Source of the DNA: an uncultured Acidobacteriota bacterium
GTDB taxonomy: Bacteria > Acidobacteriota > Thermoanaerobaculia > Multivoradales > UBA5704
DNA: 64,000 nt
Assembly: GCA_963700145.1 (NCBI GenBank)
Contig: OY969474.1
Span: 3,744,001-3,808,000 of the forward strand
Direction: 5' to 3'
This document shows, piece by piece, positions 12,056 through 22,799 of the stretch. Under the pieces are notes generated by a model that saw only the letters and a program-made list of their open reading frames with translations, did no database searches and had not been told where the DNA came from. Made by a program: the position numbers and the translations under genes. Every line of letters begins with the position of its first letter. Position 1 is the first letter of the stretch.

Positions 12056-13447
12056 TCACTCCCCCTCCGCCCGGATCGGGAACAGCTCCGCCTGCCGCTG
12101 GTCTTGGGGGGAGATGGGGACGCGGTAGTCGCCGGTCCAGCAGGCGGTGCAGTAGCTGTCCTTGGGGCCGGAGACGGCAGCGAGCATGCCGTCGAGCGAC
12201 AAATACCCCAGGCTGTCGGCCTCGATGAACTCGCGGATCCCTTCGACGTCGTGGCTGGCGGCGATCAGCTCGGCGCGGGTGGGGGTGTCGATGCCGTAGC
12301 GGCAGGGCCACTGCGTCGGCGGCGCCGAGATCCGGACGTGCACCTCGGCGGCGCCGGCCTCGCGCACCATGTGCACGATCTTTTTGGACGTCGTGCCGCG
12401 CACGATCGAGTCGTCCACCAGCACCACGCGTTTGCCTGCGATCAGCTCGCGCACCGGGTTGAGCTTGATCTTCACCCCGAAGTTCCGGATCGACTGCTTG
12501 GGCTCGATGAACGTCCGCCCGACGTAGTGGTTGCGGATCAGCCCGAACTCCAGCGGCAGCCCCGACTCGCGGCTGTAGCCGAGGGCGGCGAAGAGGCCGC
12601 TGTCCGGCACCGGCACGACGACGTCCGCCGCCGCCGGTGCCTCGCGCGCCAGCTGCGCCCCCATCTTGAGGCGCGCCTGCGACACCGAGTCGCCGAAGAC
12701 CGTGCTGTCCGGGCGCGCGAAGTAGACGTGCTCGAATATGCAGCGGCTCGCCTCGACCGCCTGGGGCAGGCGGAAGCTCGCCGTCTCCGCGCCGCGCGCC
12801 ACCACCACTTCCCCCGGTTCCAGCTCGCGCACCGGCCGTGCTTCCAGCAGATCGAAGGCGCAGCTCTCCGAGGCGAAGCAGGGCGCGCCGCCGAGGTCGC
12901 CCAGGACCAGCGGCCGGAAGCCGTGCGGGTCGCGCGCCGCGATCAGCCCCTCCTGGGTCGCCAGGAGCAGCGAGTAGGCACCCTGCACCTCGGAGAGCGC
13001 GGTCATGAACGACTCCACGATCTCGAGCCGCGGGCTGCGCGCCATCAGGTGGAGGATCACCTCGGTGTCGCTCGTCGTCTGGAAGATCGAGCCCTCGCGC
13101 TCCAGCCGCCGGCGGATCTCGACCGCGTTCGTCAGGTTGCCGTTGTGGACGATGCCGATCGGCCCCATCGAGGTCTTGACCACGATCGGCTGCGCGTTGG
13201 CGAGGACGCTGGTGCCGGCGGTGGAGTAGCGGGTGTGGCCGATCGCCCGCCGCCCGGGGAGGCGCGCGATGACCTTCTCGCGGAAGATGTCGGCGACGTG
13301 CCCCATGCCGCGCTCGACGTGGAGCTGCGCGCCGTCCCAGGAGACGATGCCCGCGCTCTCCTGGCCGCGGTGCTGGAGCGCGTAGAGGCCCAGGTAGGCG
13401 AGGTTCGCCGCGTCGTCGCTGCCTTCGATGCCGAAGATGCCGCACAT
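12056..13447 (-). CDS. purF: Amidophosphoribosyltransferase
   Basis: MCGIFG, LQHRGQESAG, GHTRYSTAG, VLVDDSIVRGTTS, YCTACW. Confidence 0.98.
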   Translation of the reverse strand: MCGIFGIEGSDDAANLAYLGLYALQHRGQESAGIVSWDGAQLHVERGMGHVADIFREKVIARLPGRRAIGHTRYSTAGTSVLANAQPIVVKTSMGPIGIVHNGNLTNAVEIRRRLEREGSIFQTTSDTEVILHLMARSPRLEIVESFMTALSEVQGAYSLLLATQEGLIAARDPHGFRPLVLGDLGGAPCFASESCAFDLLEARPVRELEPGEVVVARGAETASFRLPQAVEASRCIFEHVYFARPDSTVFGDSVSQARLKMGAQLAREAPAAADVVVPVPDSGLFAALGYSRESGLPLEFGLIRNHYVGRTFIEPKQSIRNFGVKIKLNPVRELIAGKRVVLVDDSIVRGTTSKKIVHMVREAGAAEVHVRISAPPTQWPCRYGIDTPTRAELIAASHDVEGIREFIEADSLGYLSLDGMLAAVSGPKDSYCTACWTGDYRVPISPQDQRQAELFPIRAEGE

Positions 13448-13544
13448 GGCGAGCTCACCAACCCTTCGAAACGGATGATACCCTTCGCGTCATCCCGGCT
13501 CGGCCGTTTGTCGTGTCCAACTCGCGCTCCGAAGGAGGTACCCG

Positions 13545-14183
13545 ATGACTGTCGCTCGCCCCGGCCTCTGGCGTCCGTGCTTCCTGCTCGCCGGTGTCTT
13601 CATCCTGATCGGCGGGCCGCTGCATCCCGGCGGCAGCATGGAGCAGATGATCGGCCACCCCAACTGGGTTCCCTCGCACCTCCTCCAGCTCGCCGGCTTC
13701 CTGGCGCTCGGCGCTGGGCTCGTCCTCCATCGCCGCGCCGTTCCCCTGTCCGAGCGGTCAACCCGCTGGTCGCGCTGGGCCCTGTACGGCACCGCCCTCC
13801 AGGCGTTCGAGATGGTCCTCCACACCGCCTCCTCGGTGGACCACGGCAGGCTGATGGCCGGAGAGGCCACGCCGGTGCTCAGCGCGCACTTGGCGCTCGC
13901 GGTCGTCGCGTACCCGCTCTTCGCGGCGTCGATCGTGGGGTGGATCCTGGCGACCGCCCGCGACCGCGCCTTGGCCTCCCCCTGGGTGGCCTGGCTCGGC
14001 ATCATCGGGGCGGTGGCGCACGGCTTGGCGGCGCCGCTCGTGGTGGCCTTCGGCCTGATGCAGTTCCGCATCCTCTTCCCGATGGTGATGCTGCTGGCGC
14101 TCTGGCTCGTCCTCGCGGCGCTCTGGCCGCGGCGCGCCGTGGCCGGCGCCGGGATCGCGGCGGCGGCGATCGCCGGCACCTAG
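13545..14183 (+). CDS. Integral membrane protein of unknown function
   Basis: About 6 hydrophobic segments; AAGGAGG RBS; sits antisense between purL and purF. Confidence 0.75.
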   Translation: MTVARPGLWRPCFLLAGVFILIGGPLHPGGSMEQMIGHPNWVPSHLLQLAGFLALGAGLVLHRRAVPLSERSTRWSRWALYGTALQAFEMVLHTASSVDHGRLMAGEATPVLSAHLALAVVAYPLFAASIVGWILATARDRALASPWVAWLGIIGAVAHGLAAPLVVAFGLMQFRILFPMVMLLALWLVLAALWPRRAVAGAGIAAAAIAGT

Positions 14184-16390
14184 AGCCCGAGCGCCAGCGG
14201 CAGCGCCGTCGTCCAGATCCGGTGGAGGTCGGCGACCGGGGCCGCAAGCCGGTCGCCGCCGGTCTGGAGGTCGAGCGTCTCGCCGCCGACCTCGCCGATC
14301 TCCTCGGCGGGGACGCCGCCCTCCTCGGCCGCCCGCAGCACGCGCTCGAGCGACGCCGGCTTGCAGGCCACGATCGCCCGCGCCTGGGTCTCGGAGAAGA
14401 GGTCCGCGCCTTCTAGCCCCACCCGCAGGACGGCCCCGAAGCCGCCGCCCATCACCGCCTCGGCGAGCGCCACGGCGAGGCCGCCTTCCGACAGGTCGTG
14501 CGCGGTGGTGAGGCAGCCGTCGGCGATGAGCTTGCGTAGCAGCCTCGCCAGCCGCGCCTCGGCGTCGAGGTCCACCTCCGGCGACCGCCCCTGCTCGATG
14601 CCGTAGAGGAGGCGCAGGTAGGCCGAGCCGCCGTGCTCGCTGCGGTCGCGCCCCAGGAGCACCACCCGGTCGCCGGGGCGCCGGAACCAGGACGCCGGGA
14701 CGTTGCCGAGCTTCTCGATCGTCCCCACCGCCGCGACCGTCGGCGTCGGGTGGATCGAGCGCCCCTCGGTCTCGTTGTAGAGCGAGACGTTGCCCGAGAC
14801 GACCGGCACGCCGAGCGCGCGGCAGGCCTCGGCCATGCCGCGCACCGCCTCGCGGAGCTGCCAGGAGACCTCGGGGTTCTCGGGGTTGCCGAAGTTGAGG
14901 CAGTCGGTGAGCCCCACGGGCTCGGCGCCGGCGCAGGCCAGGTTGCGCACCGCCTCGGCCACCGCCTGGGCGCCGCCGCGGCGCGGGTCGAGGGCGCAGT
15001 AGACCGGGTTGACGTCGGAGGTGAGCGCGAGGCCCGCCGGCGTGCCCTTGAGCAGCAGGACCGCCGCGTCGCCGCCCGGGCCGGCGACGGTGTTGGTGCG
15101 CACCGAGGTGTCGTACTGCCGCCAGATCCACTCCTTGCTCGCCAGCTCGGGGGTCGCGAGGAGGCGCTCCAGCGCCGCGCGCGGGTCGCCCGGCGGCGGC
15201 ACCTCGGGCGGGCGCTGGCGGGCGGCGAGAGCGGCCGGCTCGGCGGCCGGGCGGCGGTAGACCGGCGCCTCCTCGGTCAGCGGCCCGACCGGCATGTCGG
15301 CCACCGTCTCGCCGCGCCAGGTGAGGACGGCGCGGCCGTCGCCGGTGACCTCGCCGATCTTCGCCACCTCGAGGCCCCAGCGCTCGAAGATGCGCACCAG
15401 CGCCTCCTCGCGCCCGCGCTGCGCCACGACGACCATCCGCTCCTGCGACTCCGAGAGCATCATCTCGTAGGGGGTCAGCCCCGGCTCGCGCAGCGGCACG
15501 CGGTCGAGGTCGAGGCGGATGCCGGTGCCGCCGCGGCCGGCCATCTCGAAGGCCGAGCTGGTGAGCCCCGCCGCCCCCATGTCCTGGATCGCCACGATGG
15601 CGCCGGTGCGCATCGCTTCGAGACAGGCTTCGAGGAGGACCTTCTCGGTGAACGGGTCGCCGACCTGCACCGTCGGCCGCTTCTGCTCGCTCTCGGCGTC
15701 GAAGGCCTCGGAGGCCATCGTCGCGCCGTGGATGCCGTCGCGGCCGGTGCGGCTGCCGGTGTAGAGGATCGGGTTGCCGGGGCCGGTGGCGCGGGCGCGG
15801 AAGACGCGGTCGCGCCGCGCCACGCCGAGGGCGAAGGCGTTGACCAGGATGTTGCCGTTGTAGGAGCGGTGGAAGCCGGTCTCGCCGCCCACGGTCGGCA
15901 CGCCGAAGCAGTTGCCGTAGTCGCCGATGCCGCGCACCACGCCATCGACGAGCGAGCGCATGCGCGGCGCGTCGAGCTCGCCGAAGCGGAGCGAGTCGAG
16001 GCAGGCGATCGGCCGCGCGCCCATGGTGAAGACGTCGCGCAGGATGCCGCCGACGCCGGTCGCCGCCCCCTGGTAGGGCTCGATGTAGCTCGGGTGGTTG
16101 TGCGATTCCATCTTGAAGACCGCCACCCAGCCGTGGCCGATGTCGACGACGCCGGCGTTCTCCCCCGGCCCCTGGAGGACGCGCGGGCCCTGCGTCGGGA
16201 GCTCCTTGAGATAGACCTTCGACGACTTGTATGAGCAGTGCTCCGACCAGAGGGCGGCGGCGATCCCCAGTTCGGTGTAGTTGGGGTCGCGCCCGAGGAG
16301 GCCGCGCAGGCGGTCGTACTCCTCGTCGGAGAGGCCGTGGGAGCGCGCCAGCTCCGGCGTCACCTCCGGCTCGGCGAGAGTGATGGGCAT
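14180..16390 (-). CDS. purL: Phosphoribosylformylglycinamidine synthase subunit PurL
   Basis: [54 protein letters not shown]; start MPITLAE at 16390. Confidence 0.97.
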   Translation of the reverse strand: MPITLAEPEVTPELARSHGLSDEEYDRLRGLLGRDPNYTELGIAAALWSEHCSYKSSKVYLKELPTQGPRVLQGPGENAGVVDIGHGWVAVFKMESHNHPSYIEPYQGAATGVGGILRDVFTMGARPIACLDSLRFGELDAPRMRSLVDGVVRGIGDYGNCFGVPTVGGETGFHRSYNGNILVNAFALGVARRDRVFRARATGPGNPILYTGSRTGRDGIHGATMASEAFDAESEQKRPTVQVGDPFTEKVLLEACLEAMRTGAIVAIQDMGAAGLTSSAFEMAGRGGTGIRLDLDRVPLREPGLTPYEMMLSESQERMVVVAQRGREEALVRIFERWGLEVAKIGEVTGDGRAVLTWRGETVADMPVGPLTEEAPVYRRPAAEPAALAARQRPPEVPPPGDPRAALERLLATPELASKEWIWRQYDTSVRTNTVAGPGGDAAVLLLKGTPAGLALTSDVNPVYCALDPRRGGAQAVAEAVRNLACAGAEPVGLTDCLNFGNPENPEVSWQLREAVRGMAEACRALGVPVVSGNVSLYNETEGRSIHPTPTVAAVGTIEKLGNVPASWFRRPGDRVVLLGRDRSEHGGSAYLRLLYGIEQGRSPEVDLDAEARLARLLRKLIADGCLTTAHDLSEGGLAVALAEAVMGGGFGAVLRVGLEGADLFSETQARAIVACKPASLERVLRAAEEGGVPAEEIGEVGGETLDLQTGGDRLAAPVADLHRIWTTALPLALGL

Positions 16391-17097
16391 CAGCGCGAAG
16401 CTCCGACGGCCACCGCGCTCTCGACGACGCCGGCCAGGAGCTCCAGCCCGTCGGCGTTGCCGAGCACCATCTCGGCGCAGCGCTCGGGGTGGGGCATCAT
16501 GCCGAGGACGTTGCCGCGCGCGTTGACGATGCCGGCGATCGCCCGCGCCGAGCCGTTCGGGTTCCACTCCTCGCTGCGCGTGCCGTCCGGCGCCACGTAG
16601 CGGAAGACCACCTGCCCGGCCGCCTCGAGCTGGTCGAGCGCCGCCGGGCCGTCCTCGTAGTTGCCTTCGCCGTGCGCGATCGGCATGCGCAAGACCTGGC
16701 CCTTCTTGAGCCGGCGGGTGAAGGGGAGGTCGTCGCGCTCGACCTTCAAGTAGACGTCGCGGCAGAGGAAGCGGAGGTCCTTGTTGCGGCGCATGGCGCC
16801 GGGGAGGAGGCCGGCTTCGAGGAGCACCTGGAAGCCGTTGCAGATCCCGAGCACCAGCCCGCCCGCCTCGGCGTGCTTCTTGACCGCGGCCATGACCGGC
16901 GAGAGCGCGGCGAGCGCCCCGGCGCGCAGGTAGTCGCCGTAGGCGAAGCCGCCGGGCAGGACCACCAGCTCGCACCCCTTGACCGTCTCCTCCTGGTGCC
17001 AGAGGAAGACCGCCTCCTGCCCGAGCACGTGCTTGAGCACGTGGTAGACGTCGTGGTCGCAGTTGCTGCCGGGGAAGACGACGACGCCGGTCTTCAT
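16390..17097 (-). CDS. purQ: Phosphoribosylformylglycinamidine synthase subunit PurQ
   Basis: [41 protein letters not shown]. Confidence 0.97.
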   Translation of the reverse strand: MKTGVVVFPGSNCDHDVYHVLKHVLGQEAVFLWHQEETVKGCELVVLPGGFAYGDYLRAGALAALSPVMAAVKKHAEAGGLVLGICNGFQVLLEAGLLPGAMRRNKDLRFLCRDVYLKVERDDLPFTRRLKKGQVLRMPIAHGEGNYEDGPAALDQLEAAGQVVFRYVAPDGTRSEEWNPNGSARAIAGIVNARGNVLGMMPHPERCAEMVLGNADGLELLAGVVESAVAVGASR

Positions 17098-17375
17098 GGG
17101 AACGGGTCTCCGACCGCCGCGGACGCGGGGGCGGCGGGCGTCAGCTCGACCGCGTACTCCTCGACGACGGTGTTGGCGAGGAGCTTCTCGCACATGGCGC
17201 GCAGCAGGCGCTCGGCCTCGGCCGGGTCGTCGGTCGCCAGGCGGATGTCGAAGGACTTGCCGGCGCGCACGTCCTCGACGCCGTCAATCCCAATACGGGA
17301 GAGAGCGCTGCAGATCGCCTTGCCTTGCGGGTCCAGGATCTCGCGGCGCGGGTAGACCGTGACTCGTGCCTTCAA
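17094..17375 (-). CDS. purS: Phosphoribosylformylglycinamidine synthase subunit PurS
   Basis: [26 protein letters not shown]. Confidence 0.95.
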   Translation of the reverse strand: MKARVTVYPRREILDPQGKAICSALSRIGIDGVEDVRAGKSFDIRLATDDPAEAERLLRAMCEKLLANTVVEEYAVELTPAAPASAAVGDPFP

Positions 17376-18156
17376 AGCTCACCTCCATCCAGGGGGTGGG
17401 ACGGGCCTGACAGGTGATCTCCACCCGGGCGCGGGAGCCGGCGCGCGCCAGCGCCTCCGAGACCACCGCCGCCGCCAGCGCCGGCAGGTTGTTGGTGCGC
17501 GACAGGTGGTAGGGCGCGACCCAGCGCAGGCGGTCGCAGAGCAGCTCCGGCAGGCCGTCCGCGGCGTCGCCGTTCGACAGGTGCCCGTGGCGGCCGGCGA
17601 CGCGCTGCTTGAGCGGCCAGGGGTAGGGGCCGTTGCGCAGCATGTCGAGGTCGTGGTTGGTCTCGAGGAGCAGGACGTCGAGGTCGCGCAGCCTCCCCCA
17701 GGCGAGCTGGCTGCGGGTGCCGAGGTCGGCGACCAGGCCGACGCGGCAGCCGTCGCCGTCCTCGACGACGATGCCGATCGGCTCGCGCGCGTCGTGCGGC
17801 ACGGCGAAGGCCTCCAGCCGGAAGCCGGCGGCCTCGCACGGCTCGCCGGAGCGGATGACGACGACCGGCAGCTCCGGGTCGTCGTCGGGGAGCGGGGCGC
17901 CCTGGAGAGTGCCGGCGGTGGCGTAGACCGGCAGGCCGTGGCGCGCCGCGAAGCGCTCGGCGCCGCGGGCGTGATCGACGTGCTCGTGGGTCAAGACCAG
18001 GGCGTGGAGGTCGGAGCCGGCGAGGCCGACCAGCTCGAGCCGCCGCTCCAGCTCGCGGCAGGAGAAGCCGGCGTCGATCAGGATGCGCCGCCCGCCGCTC
18101 CCTTCGACCACCACGGCGTTGCCGCCGCTCCCCGACCCGAGCACCGCTACACGCAT
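17284..18156 (-). CDS. MBL-fold metallo-hydrolase (YycJ/WalJ-like)
   Basis: LGSGSGGN, IDAGFS, THEHVDH, VPHDA, ETNHD, HGHLSN, HLSRTNN. Confidence 0.9.
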   Translation of the reverse strand: MRVAVLGSGSGGNAVVVEGSGGRRILIDAGFSCRELERRLELVGLAGSDLHALVLTHEHVDHARGAERFAARHGLPVYATAGTLQGAPLPDDDPELPVVVIRSGEPCEAAGFRLEAFAVPHDAREPIGIVVEDGDGCRVGLVADLGTRSQLAWGRLRDLDVLLLETNHDLDMLRNGPYPWPLKQRVAGRHGHLSNGDAADGLPELLCDRLRWVAPYHLSRTNNLPALAAAVVSEALARAGSRARVEITCQARPTPWMEVSFEGTSHGLPAPRDPGPARQGDLQRSLPYWD

Positions 18157-18320
18157 GGCGGGGACGGCAGGTGCCTGGGACGGTGGCGCGTCATGAGAGG
18201 TGGCGCGGGGGGCCTCGCTTCGGAGACGCCAAGGGTAGCACCGGCGGGGCGGGATGTCACTGCACCCCTTGTGGGCGGGGCGGGGCCTGGCCACAAGGGG
18301 TGGTAGACTTCGGTCCGATC

Positions 18321-18740
18321 ATGAGCGCCAAGGACCTCCAGAACTTCCGCTACCTGCTGGGGCAGATCGTCCGCGCCGAGCGCTGGCCGCGGCGGCAGCT
18401 CGAGCGCCGCCTCGGCCTCGGCCACAAGAACCTCGAGAAGCTCCTCGACGGCACGATGGAGACGCGCCTGCGCCACATCCTGGCGGTCGCCGAGTGGCTC
18501 GGCGTCCGCCCGGGCGAGCTCGTCGACCTCGGCTGCCCCGAGACCGCCGCGGCGGCCCGCCGTTCGGTCGCCGACGTGCTGGCGCCGAGCCGCGAGGCCG
18601 TCGAGGCCGGTGTCGCCAAGAAGGGGGCGGCGGCAGCGGGCGGCGACCTGGAGGCGATGATCGCGAAGATCGTGCGCCAGGTCATCGAGCAGCAGGGCCC
18701 GGGGCGAGGCGAGGAACCCCCGGGCGGCGAGCCCGAGTAA
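18321..18740 (+). CDS. XRE-like helix-turn-helix protein
   Basis: RRQLERRLGLGHKNLEKLLDGTMETRLRHILAVAEWLGVRPGEL; TAGACT -10-like box at 18304. Confidence 0.75.
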   Translation: MSAKDLQNFRYLLGQIVRAERWPRRQLERRLGLGHKNLEKLLDGTMETRLRHILAVAEWLGVRPGELVDLGCPETAAAARRSVADVLAPSREAVEAGVAKKGAAAAGGDLEAMIAKIVRQVIEQQGPGRGEEPPGGEPE

Positions 18741-18768
18741 CCTCCCCGCGTCCGCGGGAGAGCGGTCC

Positions 18769-19321
18769 GGTCCGAAAATACTCTGCCCCGGTCCGAAGGG
18801 AACACACCCCGCAGGCTTCCCCAAGGGGGACGGTCCGAAGTTGTGCCGGGGAAGCGGCCGGGGCGGTGGTTTCGGTCCGAAAATCTTCCGATTTGGTCCG
18901 ATTTTGTGCCGCCCACGGCCCACGGGCGGCTTCTCTCGCGTCCGAAACCCTTGCCCCGGCGCCAAGATCGCTGTCGGCGGTCCTGAGTTGGGACGGCACA
19001 GTCCGATTCCCTGAAGATTCGGTCCGAAGATAGGACATTTTGGTCCAATTCTCTATCGCTTAGGGTACTCGGACTCCCTCGGCTGTCTCGTTTTGGTGCT
19101 TTCTGGTCCGAAGTTGTTCCCAGCGAGGACCAGGGGTGCCTTAGACGCCGCCACGAGCGAGTGGCGTGGTCCGAAAGTGGGCCTACTCTGTCCGAAGACA
19201 GGGCAAAGCGGTCCGAAGATCGGGCAGTCAACCGTCGGGGATCTGAAATTCGGTCCGAAAACTCTCCACCCTACCGCTCGGCGAGCTTCAACCGGTCCTA
19301 AGTGAGTCCTATCCGGTCTCG
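18769..19321. repeat. Degenerate 21-bp-period array with conserved GGTCCGA core
   Basis: Exact GGTCCGA at 18769, 18790, 18832, 18874, 18895, 19021, 19105, 19168, 19210, 19252; near matches at 18979, 19000, 19042, 19189, 19294; all offsets are multiples of 21. Confidence 0.9.
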
Positions 19322-19376
19322 TGAGAAACCGCACAGCCGGTCCGTCTATGCTTGAGAAAGACACTAGGGAGACACC

Positions 19377-20867
19377 ATGCCCAATGACGACACCGTGCGG
19401 TTCGCCGGTTTTCCGACGGCCTTCGTACACGAGACACCGAAGGGAAAGAAGATCCAGCAGCTCCTCTGGGGTGACTTCCTCCGGCTCCTGGGCGGCAAGG
19501 AGGGCGAGTGGGTCGAGGTGCGGGCGCGGGGGCAGAATGGCTGGATGCGGGAGGAGGATCTCCAAGAGGAGCGACTCCTCGAAGTGAACTTCGTGGACAT
19601 CGGCCAGGGGGACGGCTGCTTCATTGTCACGCCCGACGATCGTTTCCTGGTGATCGACGCAGGCGAGTCGGACAACATGTACCGGTTCCTCCGCTGGCGG
19701 TTCAACCTGCGCGCCCATCCCGACCAGGAGGTCGCCTGCGACACGGCCATCGTCACCCACCCCGATGCGGACCATTACAAGGGGTTCCAGCAGCTCTTCG
19801 ACTCGCCCCTCCTCCGCTTCGACGCCGTGTACCACAACGGCCTCGTCGAGCGGGTCGGCGACGACGTCCTAGGCGCCAAGAAGAAGGAGGGAAAGCTCTC
19901 ATACATGACGGAGCTGGTACCTGACCAAACTGCCCTCGACGCCATCATCGGCGACCCGGCCCTGGTGGGAAAGAAGCTCTATCCGCGTCTCTTGCGGACG
20001 GCCGCGACGAGCGGGCGGGTCGGACCCATCCGCTCCCTTTCGGTCGGCGACGAGTTTCTGCCGGGTTACGACGGCAGCGACGGAAGTGGACTGTCTTTTC
20101 GCGTTCTCGCTCCTGTCCCGGAAGTCGTGGACGGCAAGCCCGCGCTCCGCTGGTTGGGGGACGTGGGCAAGACGAAGAACGGCCATTCGGTCGTTCTCCT
20201 GCTGCGCTACCGCGACGTGCGGATTCTCCTCGGCGGCGATCTCAATATTCCGGCGGAGAACTACCTGCTGGCGCACTACACGGGACTGGATCCCGAGACA
20301 GACGACCCTGTCGAGCGCGAGGAGCTGGTTGCGAAGGCGCGGGAGGTTTTCGAAGCCGACGTCGCCAAGGCCTGCCACCACGGCAGTGCCGACTTCAACT
20401 CGCTCTACCTACGGGCGGTCAACCCGCTGGCTACTGTGATCTCGAGTGGCGACGGCGAGCCGCACTGCCATCCGCGGCCCGACGCCCTAGGCACTTTCGG
20501 CAAGCACGGCCGGGGCGACCGGCCCCTGATCTTCTCGACGGAGCTGGCACGTTCGAGCAAGGAGACCATCAAGGAACCCAACCGGGTGCGTGCCGAGATT
20601 CGCGCCCTCATGGAGAAGCGGGACCTGGAGGAGGACATCGACAAGCGCGCCGCGCTCCAGGAGAAGATCAACGAGAAGCTCGGCGTCCTCGAGCGCAGCG
20701 TCGCCGTCTACGGCATGATCAACGTGCGCACCGACGGCCGCGAGGTCCTGCTGGCCCAGAGGCTCGAGGAGCCGCGCTCCGGCACCGGTGAACGTTGGGA
20801 CGTACACGCCCTCACGCGCGACCCGCAGACCGGCGAGCTGCGCTATCGCTCCAAGCACGAGGGCTGA
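19377..20867 (+). CDS. ComEC/Rec2-like MBL-fold hydrolase with N-terminal SH3-like domain
   Basis: FVDIGQGDG, IDAG, THPDADHYKG, N.HSVV, LLGGDL, KACHHGS, VISSG...HCHP; N-terminal WVEVRARGQNGWM. Confidence 0.85.
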   Translation: MPNDDTVRFAGFPTAFVHETPKGKKIQQLLWGDFLRLLGGKEGEWVEVRARGQNGWMREEDLQEERLLEVNFVDIGQGDGCFIVTPDDRFLVIDAGESDNMYRFLRWRFNLRAHPDQEVACDTAIVTHPDADHYKGFQQLFDSPLLRFDAVYHNGLVERVGDDVLGAKKKEGKLSYMTELVPDQTALDAIIGDPALVGKKLYPRLLRTAATSGRVGPIRSLSVGDEFLPGYDGSDGSGLSFRVLAPVPEVVDGKPALRWLGDVGKTKNGHSVVLLLRYRDVRILLGGDLNIPAENYLLAHYTGLDPETDDPVEREELVAKAREVFEADVAKACHHGSADFNSLYLRAVNPLATVISSGDGEPHCHPRPDALGTFGKHGRGDRPLIFSTELARSSKETIKEPNRVRAEIRALMEKRDLEEDIDKRAALQEKINEKLGVLERSVAVYGMINVRTDGREVLLAQRLEEPRSGTGERWDVHALTRDPQTGELRYRSKHEG

Positions 20868-20911
20868 GATGGCCGACTCCGGGCTCGCGAAGGCGTGCCG
20901 CCGAGAGCTAG

Positions 20912-22181
20912 CAGGCCGCTGAGAAACGGCCTTCAACGGCGGGTGCGAGGCTGACAGCGATCTGGGAGCGGGCGATGTCGCGTGCGCGGGTGGAAGGGGA
21001 GGGCAACAGGCGCCTTGTGGGCGCGTTTGAGCGCCGCTGGTTTTGCTGGGCAGGACCTTTTTGGGCTATGCCGGCACGAGCAGGCGACTTAATCGGAGCA
21101 GGTTGTACGCTGCGGCGGCGAGGCGGGCGGCCAGCTGCGTCCTCGCCACGCCTCGGACCCTGGTCCGGTGCAGCCCTGCGCAGGTCTTGAGCCAGCCGAA
21201 GATCGTCTCGATTCGCCGCCGTACGACCTGACTGATCCGGTAGCCGGGACGGCGCGTTGTTCGCCGGTCGATTGCCGAGCGCCTGCGCCGGTGGGCATTC
21301 TGGGTGACGTGGGGGGTGACGCCGAGCTCTCGGCAGGCAGCCACGAAGCCCTTGGTGTCGTAGCTCTTATCGGCGCCCACCGTCTTGCGCCGCGAGCCTT
21401 CGAGCCGCGCGAGCAGACCCAGAGCTTCGCGACGCTCGGCGAACCCATCGGCCTGGGCCACCACGAAGTCCACCAACAATCCGTTGCGGTTCTCCATCAG
21501 AGCGTGGCCGGAAAACGAGAGCTTCGCCTCGTGCCCATCCCCCTTGCGGGCCAGGCGCGCTTCCGGGTCGGTCGTCGAGGCGTGCGTCTCGTTGCTCCGC
21601 TTCGTCCCCGTGAAATCGCTCCAGCCGTTGGCGTCTCCGCCCGGTGGCCCGTCCTTGGGCCGGAAGCTCTTCATCGACGCCCAGGCCTCGATCAGCGTCC
21701 CATCCACCGAGAAGTGCTCGCTCGACAGCAGCCGCTGCACGCTCGCCTCAGCCACGATCGCCGCCAAAAACCGCTCGGCCACCTCGTGCCGGATCAGCCG
21801 CTCCCGGTTGCGTGAAAACGTGCTCGCGTCAAACGACGGCTCGTCGAGCTCCAGATCCAAAAACCAGCGAAACAGCAGGTTGTACTCGAGCTGCTCGCAA
21901 AACTGCCGGTCGCTCCGCACCGAAAACAGCGCGATCAGCAGCTGCGCCTTGAGCAGCCGCTCCGGCGGCACCGACGGCCGCCCCGTCTCGGCGTACATCA
22001 CCGCAAACACCTCACTCAACTGCCCGAGAGCCCGGTCGGCCAGCCCCTTGATCCGCCGGATCGGATGCGCCGCCGGAATCCGCTCCTCCAACGACCCCAC
22101 CATCAACAACGTCCTCTGCTCGCGCGCTTTCCCTCGCATGGCCTGCAAGGGTAGCGCGAACCGGGGTTTTTCAGCAGCCTG
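20912..22181 (-). mobile_element. IS5-family insertion sequence, complete
   Basis: Imperfect TIRs CAGGCCGCTGAGAAAC / CAGGCTGCTGAAAAAC; CTAG direct repeats at 20908-20911 and 22182-22185. Confidence 0.92.
21066..22140 (-). CDS. IS5-family DDE transposase
   Basis: GRPSVPPERLLKA, YNLLFRWF, FSVDGTLIEAWAS, GADKSYD, RRRIETIFGWLK. Confidence 0.95.
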
Positions 22182-22314
22182 CTAGAGCTCGGTCCGTTTT
22201 CAAGGCTCCCAACTTTGCCCGCAACTTCCGGATAGCTCGCTGAATGGTCGCCACGTAATCTTCCGAGCGTGTGGCGCGCTGGTCAACGGACATGCCGCAC
22301 CCGAGGAGGACCGC

Positions 22315-22791
22315 ATGACTTCGTTCCGTGTCGTCGCCATCGATACTTCCATCGCCGAGTCGGTCCGCAGCACGCTGCGGTCGCCGCGGTACGGGCACCC
22401 GGCTCATACCGAGATCGCGACGGGGTACGGGCCCTGCCGGCACTGCCTGCGCACCTTCCGTGTCGGCGCCGAGGCGCGCATCCTGTTCACGTACGACCCT
22501 TTCGAGGGCGTGGAAAAGCTGCCGCTGCCGGGACCGGTCTTCGTGCACGCCGAGGCGTGCGAGCGCTACCCCGAGGACAGCGGCTTCCCCGGCGATCTGC
22601 GGCCGCACGCGCTGACGCTCAACGCCTACGCCCGCGGCCGCCGGCTACGGGCGCAGGAGTACGTGGCGGACGGCGAGGTGGATGCCGCTCTCGAGCGGCT
22701 CCTCGCCCGGCCCGAGATCGACTACGTCCACGTCCGCGACACCGCGGCGGGCTGCTACGACCTGCGCGTGCAGCGCGCGAGCGCGAGCTAA
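22315..22791 (+). CDS. DUF1203 family protein
   Basis: PCRHCL, GPVFVHAEAC, YVHVRDTAAGCY. Confidence 0.85.
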   Translation: MTSFRVVAIDTSIAESVRSTLRSPRYGHPAHTEIATGYGPCRHCLRTFRVGAEARILFTYDPFEGVEKLPLPGPVFVHAEACERYPEDSGFPGDLRPHALTLNAYARGRRLRAQEYVADGEVDAALERLLARPEIDYVHVRDTAAGCYDLRVQRASAS

Positions 22792-22799
22792 GTCCTCCC

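Noticed and set aside
18350-19231. 293-aa minus-strand ORF with SDR/SDQ every 7 residues, and the GPK-repeat ORF at 19093-19305
   Set aside because: The periodicity is a by-product of the 21-bp DNA motif. The long ORF overlaps the HTH gene antisense for ~390 nt and the motif shows little wobble-position variation. Kept only as an alternative hypothesis.
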